This document shows positions 50,344 to 58,909 of a stretch of DNA of 64,000 nt, in pieces. The stretch comes from Acidobacteriota bacterium. GTDB lineage: Bacteria > Acidobacteriota > CAIWXX01. The translations under genes were made by a program, and so were the position numbers. A model generated the notes under the pieces. That model ran no database searches. It was not told the DNA's origin and saw nothing but the letters and a program-made list of their open reading frames with translations. Every line of letters begins with the position of its first letter. Within the stretch, counting starts at the first letter, position 1. Location of the stretch: assembly GCA_040755995.1 (NCBI GenBank), contig JBFMAF010000008.1:160001-224000 (forward strand), read 5' to 3'.

Positions 50344-52110
50344 TCACTTCCGTGCCTCCGGCACGGATTCATACTTCGCTCGACTGAAGGCGCGGGCGAA
50401 TGCTACGAGGTCTTCCTGTGTCGCAACCAGGTGGACGTTCCAGCCGATCTGGCGCATCCGCGCAATGCCGTCGGCGTAGCAGGACTCCTGCGCCATATGC
50501 AGCACGAACGTGGCTCCTCCGCGCGCCGTCTTCGCAGCCTGCTCGGCGATCTCCCATCCTGTGCGAACTTCGTCTAGCATGTGGAAGATGTCCGAGTCGG
50601 TCACGATCAGGATGTGGGCCGGCCTCGGCAGCTTCTCGCCATCGAGAAACGTCTCCTTCAATCGTAGTATTCCGAACGAATAGCCCGTGCCGAGATAGCC
50701 GGTGAGCACCTTCATGATCTCGTGGTGGTTGCGCGTGAAGCCGTCGGTGCTGGAGTGTTCCCCGGGCTCGCCCGAAAGCGTCACCATGACTTTGGCGCCC
50801 ACCCTGAGAGCCGACAGCGCGATGATCGCGCCTGCAAGCACCGGATAGGATAGATTGTGCTTGGGATTGAACATCGAGCCCGAGCAGTCGACGCCCAGGT
50901 AGAGATCCACCGGCAGGCGCTCGGGCGAGCTCCCCTCGCTGGTCCCATAGACTCGCTCGACCGTGGTCACTCCCGGAATCACGTGGGGGCTTTTGGTCAG
51001 CGACTCCACCCAGTCAACGTTCTGCAGTGGCGAACCCGCGTCCCAGACGTCGACCCCTTCCGGCAGCGGGTCCTGCGCTTCCTTCACCTCGCGCACCGGG
51101 AAGCGCACCAGGTGCGGGGTCGCCAGCTCGCGGTAGTACCGGATCACCACTTCGTTCTCGCTGAGCTTGACGCCGAGGCTGTCCATGAGCTCCGTGTATT
51201 GCTTCGGCGAACGGTACTGGTTCTTCCTCCCGCCCTTCTCCGCCCTCCCTCCGGCCTGAGGGGAGCTCGAGTCGGATTCCGCTTCCAACCCGCTCAGCTC
51301 CGGGTCTTCCGCCGGATGAATCGCTCCATCGATCTCCGACTCGTCGATTTCCGCCAACCCGTCCGGGATCGAACCACCCTCACCGGCGCGCTGGGTGTCC
51401 AGCCAGGGCGTAAGCACGCCGGCGATCTTCTCCGTCTTCAGCTCCAGCAAGTACGGCAGCAGCAGGCAGGCGAAGCGCCCGGCGCCGTCGAGCCAGTCCT
51501 TCGCATACGCTCGTACGACGCGCGCGCCGAGCTGCGCGTCGCACTGTATCTGGCGATCCTCGATCGCATCCACGAGCTCGCCCGAAGGGAGGCTCCAGAG
51601 CACCTCGTACATCCGCATGTATAGCTTCCACAGGCGGTCTGCATCCGGCCGCTTCAGTTTCCTGTATACCTCCTTCATCTTCAGGCCTGCTGTTCGCTGC
51701 AGGCGATCGTTGATCAGCAGGTCCGTGTAGAGGTTCGACACGAGCGGCGCGAAGCTCTCTCGCGTCGGCAGCCCGGCCCGAATGTGTGCCAGCAGACGAG
51801 CGTTGTCGCGAAGGTCGGCCGGCGCGAGCACGTGATGGCCGACCTCATGCGCCATGATCTCCACCGGGAACGTCTCCAGGCCCAGCTCGCGCACCTGCTT
51901 CAAGCTGATGACGATCGCATGATCATCGAGACGGATCATCGCGAACGAGTCAGTGAGGTGCTCGGCCTTGTCATCCTTCTCGTTCAGACACCAACGGGGC
52001 TCGGTCAGCTTGGTGAACGGACTCCACGCGGCGAGCGCCTCCGGCCACCGCGCCTGCCAGTCGTCCAGCAGGCCCGCCAGGTCGCCTCCTCCGATCACCG
52101 GCCACTTCAC
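50344..52110 (-). CDS. HExxH metallopeptidase-like domain fused to a VWA domain
   Basis: AHEVGHH, NLYTDLLIND; acidic linker; MIDAS DCSGS and IVTDSD. Confidence 0.88.
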   Translation of the reverse strand: MKWPVIGGGDLAGLLDDWQARWPEALAAWSPFTKLTEPRWCLNEKDDKAEHLTDSFAMIRLDDHAIVISLKQVRELGLETFPVEIMAHEVGHHVLAPADLRDNARLLAHIRAGLPTRESFAPLVSNLYTDLLINDRLQRTAGLKMKEVYRKLKRPDADRLWKLYMRMYEVLWSLPSGELVDAIEDRQIQCDAQLGARVVRAYAKDWLDGAGRFACLLLPYLLELKTEKIAGVLTPWLDTQRAGEGGSIPDGLAEIDESEIDGAIHPAEDPELSGLEAESDSSSPQAGGRAEKGGRKNQYRSPKQYTELMDSLGVKLSENEVVIRYYRELATPHLVRFPVREVKEAQDPLPEGVDVWDAGSPLQNVDWVESLTKSPHVIPGVTTVERVYGTSEGSSPERLPVDLYLGVDCSGSMFNPKHNLSYPVLAGAIIALSALRVGAKVMVTLSGEPGEHSSTDGFTRNHHEIMKVLTGYLGTGYSFGILRLKETFLDGEKLPRPAHILIVTDSDIFHMLDEVRTGWEIAEQAAKTARGGATFVLHMAQESCYADGIARMRQIGWNVHLVATQEDLVAFARAFSRAKYESVPEARK

Positions 52111-53144
52111 TTGCCTTCAACCTCGGCAATCAGGAACAGGTGGTGGCTCCTGGGCAGCGTGACGGCAAGCGTCGCCGCCGTCGAGGCGCTGCTGCTGGAT
52201 TCGCATAGCTGCTCGAAGCACGCCTTCAGACGCCCCTTGGCCACCGATCCATCGGGGGCGATCCGAAGTGCAGGATGGGGATCGGGCCCGATGCCCTTCG
52301 GGAGGTCCCGGCCGAAGCGCTGGAACGTCGCCCCGAAGCAATCTGCGTGAAGCGTCCAGCAGCACTCGCTGTCGAACACGTAGAACTGACCGTCCACGGC
52401 GGTGACCTCGGGTGGAGCAATGAATGGTCCGCCGAACCCGCGGAATCCGCCCGGGCGGGCTACCAGTGCCAGCTTCCGTCCCGCGGGTTTCACAAGGTCT
52501 GGGCGGGGCGTCCACCAGGGATCCTGAAGCGCCCGGGCCAGCGATGCCGCCGGCGCGGATGCTTCGATACCCAGCGCAGCGGACTGGAGGTGCGCGGGCA
52601 ACTCCTTCCATGTCCTCAGCGCGCTCGCCCGGTAGTGCGCCATCCCGCTGCACCAGGCCGCCACTTTGCCCGCATCGAGAAACTCCGACGTGCTGGTACA
52701 CAATGGTGCGATCGCCGTCATCCGATCGATCCAGTCGCGCGGCCGCGCGCCCGGCTCGTTCGACAGGTTGTACACGGCGTTGGAGATGAGGGCGATCACG
52801 AGCCGCGGGTTGTCGGCCACAAACGGCGCTGCGACGGGAAGTAGCCGGGACCATGCGACGGTCATCATGGGATATCGCGAATTCGATCCGAGGCAGTCGT
52901 GACCGAGGAGCTCCAGCGAGCCGTCGTAGAGCGCCGCCGCCACCTCATCGGCCTGATCTCCTCGCACACCGGCGCACGCACGCACGATCGGATCGACCAA
53001 CGATCTCAAGAGCCCCAGGAACTCCTCCGGGTCGAGGCGGCGGTTCAGGTGTCTCGCCTGGGCGAAGCGCCGGTTGAATTCGGCCCGGTTGCGATCGAGG
53101 GCCTCAGCGAACGGGCCTTCGATCCGCTCGCCCTTGCCATCCAC
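52107..53144 (-). CDS. Hypothetical protein of the MoxR-VWA operon
   Basis: 345 aa; stop overlaps the VWA start; AWCSGMAHYR, GGFRGFGGPF..PP, HADCFG. Confidence 0.8.
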   Translation of the reverse strand: MDGKGERIEGPFAEALDRNRAEFNRRFAQARHLNRRLDPEEFLGLLRSLVDPIVRACAGVRGDQADEVAAALYDGSLELLGHDCLGSNSRYPMMTVAWSRLLPVAAPFVADNPRLVIALISNAVYNLSNEPGARPRDWIDRMTAIAPLCTSTSEFLDAGKVAAWCSGMAHYRASALRTWKELPAHLQSAALGIEASAPAASLARALQDPWWTPRPDLVKPAGRKLALVARPGGFRGFGGPFIAPPEVTAVDGQFYVFDSECCWTLHADCFGATFQRFGRDLPKGIGPDPHPALRIAPDGSVAKGRLKACFEQLCESSSSASTAATLAVTLPRSHHLFLIAEVEGK

Positions 53145-53170
53145 AGCCCCGACTCCTCAAAGCGCACCAG

Positions 53171-53205
53171 TCAACTGACCACTGTCAACCGACAACTGAC
53201 AACTG
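53171..53205. repeat. Tandem heptamer repeat, 5 units
   Basis: TCAACTG ACCACTG TCAACCG ACAACTG ACAACTG. Confidence 0.75.
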
Positions 53206-53206
53206 C

Positions 53207-54802
53207 TCACCCCTTCCACTCCAGCCATTTCAGGTAGTTCGTGTACCGTTGATGGAAGTACTTGAGCTTCAGAATGTCGTCGAACATGTGCCCGTAGAAC
53301 TTCCGGCCCTTCGTCCATTCGCGCAGAGTCCGTTCGATCGAGACGAGCCGGTTCCGCACTTCCTTCTCCGAGAGTCCTTCGAGCCCTTGTTCGAACTGGG
53401 TCTCAAGGGTGGTGACCGGGTCGGTCTTGTCGAGGTTCAGCCGCTCGTACTCGCGGCACGAGGCGTCGAAGAGGGCGCGAATCCACGTGATGCGATCGAT
53501 GCGCAGGGCGCCGTTCTCCGGTTGTTCGAAGAACGGCGAGTCCGGGTTCTGTATGAGCTTGTCGTGGAGTACGAACGGCAGGATCTGCCGGATGTCTTCG
53601 AAGCAGACCTCGCGTGCGCCGCGCAGGTAGGCCATGGCTTTTACGAAGACGAGGCTCGTCATCAACGCGCGCACGGAGAGCCCGTTCTTGGTCTGGCTGC
53701 CGAGATCCGCGACCTGGTCCTTGCCGGTCTCTTCGCCCGCGAGCGTCTGGAAGTCCACGGCTGCCAGCTTCACGGTGTCCTTGGTCATGTACTCGACCTG
53801 TTTCGCCGCCGGCTCGAAGAACTCGAACTGGCTCGCAAAGAACTCGATGCGGCGCCGGAGCGGCGCCGGGAGCTGCACCTCCAGGACCTCCTTGTTCGCC
53901 CGATCCAGCTCCTGCTCTGTGAAGATGATCTGAGGCGGCACGACCTCCTCAGGGCGCACTCCCGCTTCGATTCTCAGGAGCAGCTCGTTGAGGAAGCGGG
54001 TGTTGAAGTGGAGCGCCTTGACGACCACGTCGATGCGGTCTCTGAGCGCCTCGATGACCTGGTAGGTGCCTCCGCCGACGTCATCGTTGGCGGTGAGGTA
54101 CCAAGCGCTCTCCGGGCATTCGAATATCTGGTCATAGATCTCCGCGTAGTTGTCGGCCATGACGGTCAGTAGCGCCGATTGAGTGCGCGTCGGGATGCGA
54201 TTGTACTCATCTATGATCTTGATCCGCATGCTCAGCCAGCGCCGCCATGCGATCTTGACCGCGTCCATCGATTCGGCGGTGACCAGTGTCGACGGCAGCG
54301 GATTGCCGAGCAGATCGGCGATGGTCATCTGCGGCTGGCCGTGCTGGATCGAACGCTTGATCTCGCGGAGCTTGTAGCCGGAGACGACACCCATGAGGAT
54401 GGCGACAGCGGTCTTGCCGCGGCCCGGGCCGCCGACAAGCAGGCAGCGGCGCCGCGCCGCAAGGTTCAACAGCGGAAGCAGCACGTAGCTCGAGTAGCTC
54501 TGGTCCGAGGGCAGGTTGAGCGTGACCTTGCGATCGCCGAATTGGAACTTCTGCGGCGGCGTGTCGTTGTACTCGATGTCGTAGAACGGACTGATGATGG
54601 CGTGGTTGGTGATCCAGAAGTAGGCCTGCCGGAGCTTCTCATCCAGAGGCTGACGGACCTCCTCTCGCGCACCGCCTGCGGCCAACGGGCCGGTGTAAAG
54701 CTCGGCCACGTCGAACTGCTTCGGGCCCGGAGCCGCCGCCGGCTTGGTCGGTGCCTCGGAGACCTGCTGGAAATGTTTGAGATCTTTCATGGGCTGCTCC
54801 AT
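53207..54802 (-). CDS. MoxR-like AAA+ ATPase
   Basis: Walker A GGPGRGKT, Walker B IIDEYNR, TAN sensor, EALRDR arginine finger, SVR. Confidence 0.9.
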   Translation of the reverse strand: MEQPMKDLKHFQQVSEAPTKPAAAPGPKQFDVAELYTGPLAAGGAREEVRQPLDEKLRQAYFWITNHAIISPFYDIEYNDTPPQKFQFGDRKVTLNLPSDQSYSSYVLLPLLNLAARRRCLLVGGPGRGKTAVAILMGVVSGYKLREIKRSIQHGQPQMTIADLLGNPLPSTLVTAESMDAVKIAWRRWLSMRIKIIDEYNRIPTRTQSALLTVMADNYAEIYDQIFECPESAWYLTANDDVGGGTYQVIEALRDRIDVVVKALHFNTRFLNELLLRIEAGVRPEEVVPPQIIFTEQELDRANKEVLEVQLPAPLRRRIEFFASQFEFFEPAAKQVEYMTKDTVKLAAVDFQTLAGEETGKDQVADLGSQTKNGLSVRALMTSLVFVKAMAYLRGAREVCFEDIRQILPFVLHDKLIQNPDSPFFEQPENGALRIDRITWIRALFDASCREYERLNLDKTDPVTTLETQFEQGLEGLSEKEVRNRLVSIERTLREWTKGRKFYGHMFDDILKLKYFHQRYTNYLKWLEWKG

Positions 54803-55053
54803 CTACGCCACCGCCCGCGTGTCTTCCGTTTGTCTGCACTCCCGCGGGCACCTCATCTCAGGATAACACACCGATCCGGCCAGCGCGAACCCCGGAACGC
54901 TGAATTCCTTCCTGGTGCACTGACTGGATCACTCGCCTCCGGGCCAGGGCCGGGCTTCGCCGTGGAGCACTCGAGCACTACCGGGTGTTCCCTCCCCGCC
55001 GTGACAGTGGAGCCCCACACACTCGGTGGATGCACCCCGCAACGACCCCTGGC

Positions 55054-55082
55054 TTGCGTAGCTACAAATCAATAGTTATAGT
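55054..55082 (+). promoter_or_regulatory. sigma70 promoter of brnTA
   Basis: TTGCGT, 17 nt, TATAGT; ATG 55092 follows closely with no SD. Confidence 0.6.
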
Positions 55083-55091
55083 ACTTGTGCG

Positions 55092-55397
55092 ATGGTCGTG
55101 TTTGAATGGGATCCGAGCAAGTCGCGCATCAACAGACGAAAACACGGCATCAGCTTCGATATGTCACGGCGCGTGTTCGAGGATCCAGATGCGCTCAGCG
55201 TGCACGATCGAATCGAGGATGGCGAACGGCGATGGCGGACGTTGGGGATGGTGGGAGGCGTCTTGCTCGTGTTGGTCGCGCATTCAGTGAGGCAGGAGGG
55301 CGACGATGAGGTCATTCGGGTCATCTCAGCGCGCCGCGCGGATCGCAAGGAGAGGAGACGGTATGAGGAAGCACGTCAAGTCCGTTGCACGCGTTAG
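55092..55397 (+). CDS. brnT: BrnT toxin
   Basis: FEWD..K...N.RKHGISF, GERRW, IRVISARRA. Confidence 0.93.
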   Translation: MVVFEWDPSKSRINRRKHGISFDMSRRVFEDPDALSVHDRIEDGERRWRTLGMVGGVLLVLVAHSVRQEGDDEVIRVISARRADRKERRRYEEARQVRCTR

Positions 55398-55686
55398 ACC
55401 CTTGACGGCGAAGCAGTGCCGAGAGATAGCTGCCCTGGCCGCGCGGCCAGACAGTGAGATCGATTACACGGACATCCCGCGGCTCCCTGAGGCTGTGTGG
55501 AAGAACGCTGTCAAGAATCCCTGGTACCGGCCACTCAAGCAGCAGTTGACCGTCAGACTGGATGCTGATGTCGTCGGCTGGCTGCGAGCCCGGGGCAGGG
55601 GATACCAGACCAGGATGAACGCGCTGCTCCGAGACGCGATGCTCAAAGAACTCGCCAAGCGCGGTACCTCCAACCGAAGATCGTGA
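55363..55686 (+). CDS. brnA: BrnA antitoxin
   Basis: IDYTDIP, TVRLDADVVGW, GYQTRMNALLR. Confidence 0.93.
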   Translation: MRKHVKSVARVRPLTAKQCREIAALAARPDSEIDYTDIPRLPEAVWKNAVKNPWYRPLKQQLTVRLDADVVGWLRARGRGYQTRMNALLRDAMLKELAKRGTSNRRS

Positions 55687-55800
55687 GCTCCTGGACGAGC
55701 TGAGCCGCGAAATCAGCCAGCAGCGACCACGGGCGATTGCCGCTAGCGGCCTCGTGAGTGATAGACTTCGGTTGATCGAGAGTGGAGGAGGCGAGGCGCG

Positions 55801-56670
55801 TTGGCGATTCGGGCGAACATCAACGGCAGGATGTGCACCGAGGCGGAGGCGGTCGTTTCCGTATTCGACCACGGGTTTCTGTACGGAGAGGGCGTGTACG
55901 AGACGCTGAGAACGTACCGCCGCAAGCCGTTCCTCTTCGACCGCCACCTTCGCCGCCTGCGGGCGTCGGCGTCGATGATCGATCTGGACGTGCCGCTCAC
56001 GGGCGATTGCCTGTTGGCGCGCATGGAAGAAACGGCGGCGGACCTGAACGCGGAGGGGGAGATCTACTTCAGGATCCTCTTGACGCGCGGGCCCGGCGAT
56101 TTCTGTTACGACCTCAACGCCTGTCCCGAGCCGACGCTGGTCATCATAGCCAGGCCGTTCGCCCCGCCGCCCGAGGAGGTCTATGCGCGCGGGATCCGGG
56201 TGTCAGTGGTGTCGACCACGCGGAGCTATCCGAACTCGATCAATCCGCTGATCAAGTCGAACAACCTGCTCCCAAACGCGCTCGCCATGCGCGAGGCGCG
56301 CAAGCGAGGCGCCTATGAGGGGGTCATGGTCAACTTCCGCGGCGAGATCACCGAGTGCTCCCAGTCGAACTTCTTCGTAGTGGAGCAGGGACAGGTGCTG
56401 ACGCCGCCGCTTGAAAGCGGCCTGCTCGCCGGCATCACCCGCGAGCTCGTTCTCGAGATCAGCGCCGAAGCGCAGCTGTCGACTCGCGAGTGCGTGCTCC
56501 GGGTCCGCGATCTGCTCGACGCCGACGAGGCGTTTCTGACCAGCACGACGCGAGAGGTCGTGCCAATCGTGCGCGTGGATGGACACGTGATCGGGTCGGG
56601 GCAGCCGGGTCCGATTACACGAATGTTGCTCGATCGTTTCCGAACGAAGGCGCTGGAGCTCAGCAGTTGA
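55801..56670 (+). CDS. Class IV PLP aminotransferase (IlvE/Dat/PabC family)
   Basis: DHGFLYGEGVYET, IKS, LAGITR, ADEAFLTST. Confidence 0.93.
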   Translation: MAIRANINGRMCTEAEAVVSVFDHGFLYGEGVYETLRTYRRKPFLFDRHLRRLRASASMIDLDVPLTGDCLLARMEETAADLNAEGEIYFRILLTRGPGDFCYDLNACPEPTLVIIARPFAPPPEEVYARGIRVSVVSTTRSYPNSINPLIKSNNLLPNALAMREARKRGAYEGVMVNFRGEITECSQSNFFVVEQGQVLTPPLESGLLAGITRELVLEISAEAQLSTRECVLRVRDLLDADEAFLTSTTREVVPIVRVDGHVIGSGQPGPITRMLLDRFRTKALELSS

Positions 56671-56693
56671 CCTCGCTGTAGCGGAGATTGCAC

Positions 56694-57776
56694 ATGAAGT
56701 GGGTTGACATCCTATTCAACGGAAACCGCACCATCGATTGCGCCGTGGCCCTCGGCGTCGCCGTGGGTTTCATGTCGCTGCTGTTTCTTTTCAAGCGCCT
56801 CGTAGTCCATCAATTGGCGGCGCACGCCAGGAAGACGCAGACGCGGGTCGACGACATCCTGATGGACGTTCTCGGTCGCACCAGACCGTGGCTGCTCCTT
56901 CCGCTGGCGCTGCACATCGGGGCGCAGGCGCTGGCGCTGCCGCCGAAGGTCGAGTATCTTCTGGCCAAGCTCACCGTGATTGCGCTGTTGATCCAGGCAG
57001 CCATCTGGCTCAACCGGGCCGTGGTGAACTGGCTTACCCATGCCGTCAGCGCGACACGCGAGCAGGACGCGGCGGACAAGACGACTCTGGCGATTCTCGG
57101 CTTTGTGGCTCGCACGGCGCTGTGGAGCACAGCGTTGCTGCTGGCACTGGACAACCTCGGTTTCGATATAACGGCGCTGCTCACGGGCCTCGGTATCGGC
57201 GGGATTGCCGTGGCCCTGGCCGCACAGAACATACTCGGTGACCTCTTCGCATCCCTCTCGATCGCCCTGGACAAACCCTTCGTCATCGGTGATTTCATCA
57301 TCGTCGACGATATCCAGGGGACGGTCGAGCACGTCGGCCTGAAGACGACGCACATCCGGAGCCTCGGCGGCGAACGGATCGTTGTCAGCAACACGGACCT
57401 TCTCAAGAGCCGCATCCGAAACTACAAGGATATGAAGGAGAGGCGCGTGCTCTTCACCTTCGGCCTCACCTACCAGACACCGGCCGACAAAATCGACAGG
57501 ATATCGGCATGGGTGCGAGAGATCATCGATGCTCAACCGAAGGCACGCTGCGATCGCGCACATTTCAAGGAATACGCGGATTCGGCGCTCAGCTTCGAGA
57601 TCGTCTACTTCGTCCTCGATCCAGACTACACGGCGTACATGGATCTACAGCAGAAGATCAACATCGCCCTGTTCCGGCGTTTTCAGGAAGAGGGCGTCGA
57701 GTTCGCGTACCCGACGCGCACCGTGTACGTGGCGCCAACGGGGCCGACATCGCCGCCGGAGGCGGGCAATCGATGA
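56694..57776 (+). CDS. mscS: Small-conductance mechanosensitive channel family protein
   Basis: GLGIGGIAVALAAQNILGD, DKPFVIGD, FAYPT. Confidence 0.92.
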   Translation: MKWVDILFNGNRTIDCAVALGVAVGFMSLLFLFKRLVVHQLAAHARKTQTRVDDILMDVLGRTRPWLLLPLALHIGAQALALPPKVEYLLAKLTVIALLIQAAIWLNRAVVNWLTHAVSATREQDAADKTTLAILGFVARTALWSTALLLALDNLGFDITALLTGLGIGGIAVALAAQNILGDLFASLSIALDKPFVIGDFIIVDDIQGTVEHVGLKTTHIRSLGGERIVVSNTDLLKSRIRNYKDMKERRVLFTFGLTYQTPADKIDRISAWVREIIDAQPKARCDRAHFKEYADSALSFEIVYFVLDPDYTAYMDLQQKINIALFRRFQEEGVEFAYPTRTVYVAPTGPTSPPEAGNR

Positions 57777-57786
57777 TCGAACCCTC

Positions 57787-57812
57787 GTAGGGGCACGGCG
57801 CGCCGTGCCCCT
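57787..57812 (+). repeat. GTAG-type REP-like palindrome between convergent genes
   Basis: GTAGGGGCACGGCG-CGCCGTGCCCCT. Confidence 0.65.
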
Positions 57813-57842
57813 GCTACCGCGCGCACGCGCGTGGCAGACGCG

Positions 57843-58901
57843 TCACGACGCGTATACGAGGCGGCCGGAAGAGGCGAGCTCGTGCCAGCAGCGGCGGTCG
57901 GGATCGAAGATCGCCCAGATGAAGCCCGCCCCCACAACTCCCAGCGACAACAACGAGACGACGGAAAATAGGGCTGCTTTCAATGCGCCGTGATGCCCGT
58001 TGGTCGAGAAGCGCATGCCGAAGAGTGCCAAGCCCGGCGTTACGCCGACTGAAGGGAGGAAGAAGAGGTCGTACATGGTGTGAAACACCACGAACAGAAG
58101 AGCGAACGCCAGCCAGTTTTCCGCAAGCATGCTCGAGAGCCGCTGATCGAGCACCTTCTGCGCGCTGAACACTGCGACGATCCACGGAATGGCGACCACC
58201 AGCGTATCGCAGAGAGCGGCCAGGGCCTTGATGCCGGTGGTAGGCTCGCCCGTCTCTTCTGCCCGCTCTTCAAGCAGCTCGGGCGTGAACAGCGGTTGCT
58301 GGTCGAGCTTCTTGACCCTCTCAGCCCCTGCTTTGCCCTTCTCGACCGGCGGTCTCTGAGCCAACGGCGGCGGAGGTCCCATCGACAGAGTAGGCTCACG
58401 CGGACCGGCTACCTCAGCGGCCACCGCCTGCTCATGGGGCTCCGCCGCGGGCGCGGCGCCCTTCGCCATCTGCGGCGTCTTCTCGACCTTCGGGTGGTGC
58501 CGTATGGCCGGCGGGGGGACGGCAGCCGCCTTTTCCCGGCGAGCCTGAACCTTCTTCTTGATGTCGCTCTTCCACACCTCGGCAGGCACCGGCACTACCT
58601 CGGGCGGAGGCGCCTCTTCGATCTTCACCTCGGGCCCCGGGGGCGGGTGCACATCCACTGGCACCGGCTGCGCACCCGCAGGCTGCGGTTCTACACTCAC
58701 CGGCGTCGGAATCGCATCCTCCCTGAGAGGCAACTCCTGCACAGCCGGCGCAGGTGGAACGGCTTTGCGAAGCGTAACCGATTCGGCACCCGCCGGCGCC
58801 GCCGCCGCCTCGGGGGGCGGCTCCTTGTGGAGCAGGCTACCGCACTTCTTGCACTTCTCGGTTTCGGTGAAGCTGACGTAGCCGCAATTAGGACACTTCA
58901 T
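57843..58901 (-). CDS. Zinc-ribbon, Pro-rich linker and RDD-domain membrane protein
   Basis: CPNC..CKKC at the N-terminus; TPG..LFG, WAIFD..RRCWHE. Confidence 0.82.
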   Translation of the reverse strand: MKCPNCGYVSFTETEKCKKCGSLLHKEPPPEAAAAPAGAESVTLRKAVPPAPAVQELPLREDAIPTPVSVEPQPAGAQPVPVDVHPPPGPEVKIEEAPPPEVVPVPAEVWKSDIKKKVQARREKAAAVPPPAIRHHPKVEKTPQMAKGAAPAAEPHEQAVAAEVAGPREPTLSMGPPPPLAQRPPVEKGKAGAERVKKLDQQPLFTPELLEERAEETGEPTTGIKALAALCDTLVVAIPWIVAVFSAQKVLDQRLSSMLAENWLAFALLFVVFHTMYDLFFLPSVGVTPGLALFGMRFSTNGHHGALKAALFSVVSLLSLGVVGAGFIWAIFDPDRRCWHELASSGRLVYAS

Positions 58902-58909
58902 TTAGCCGC

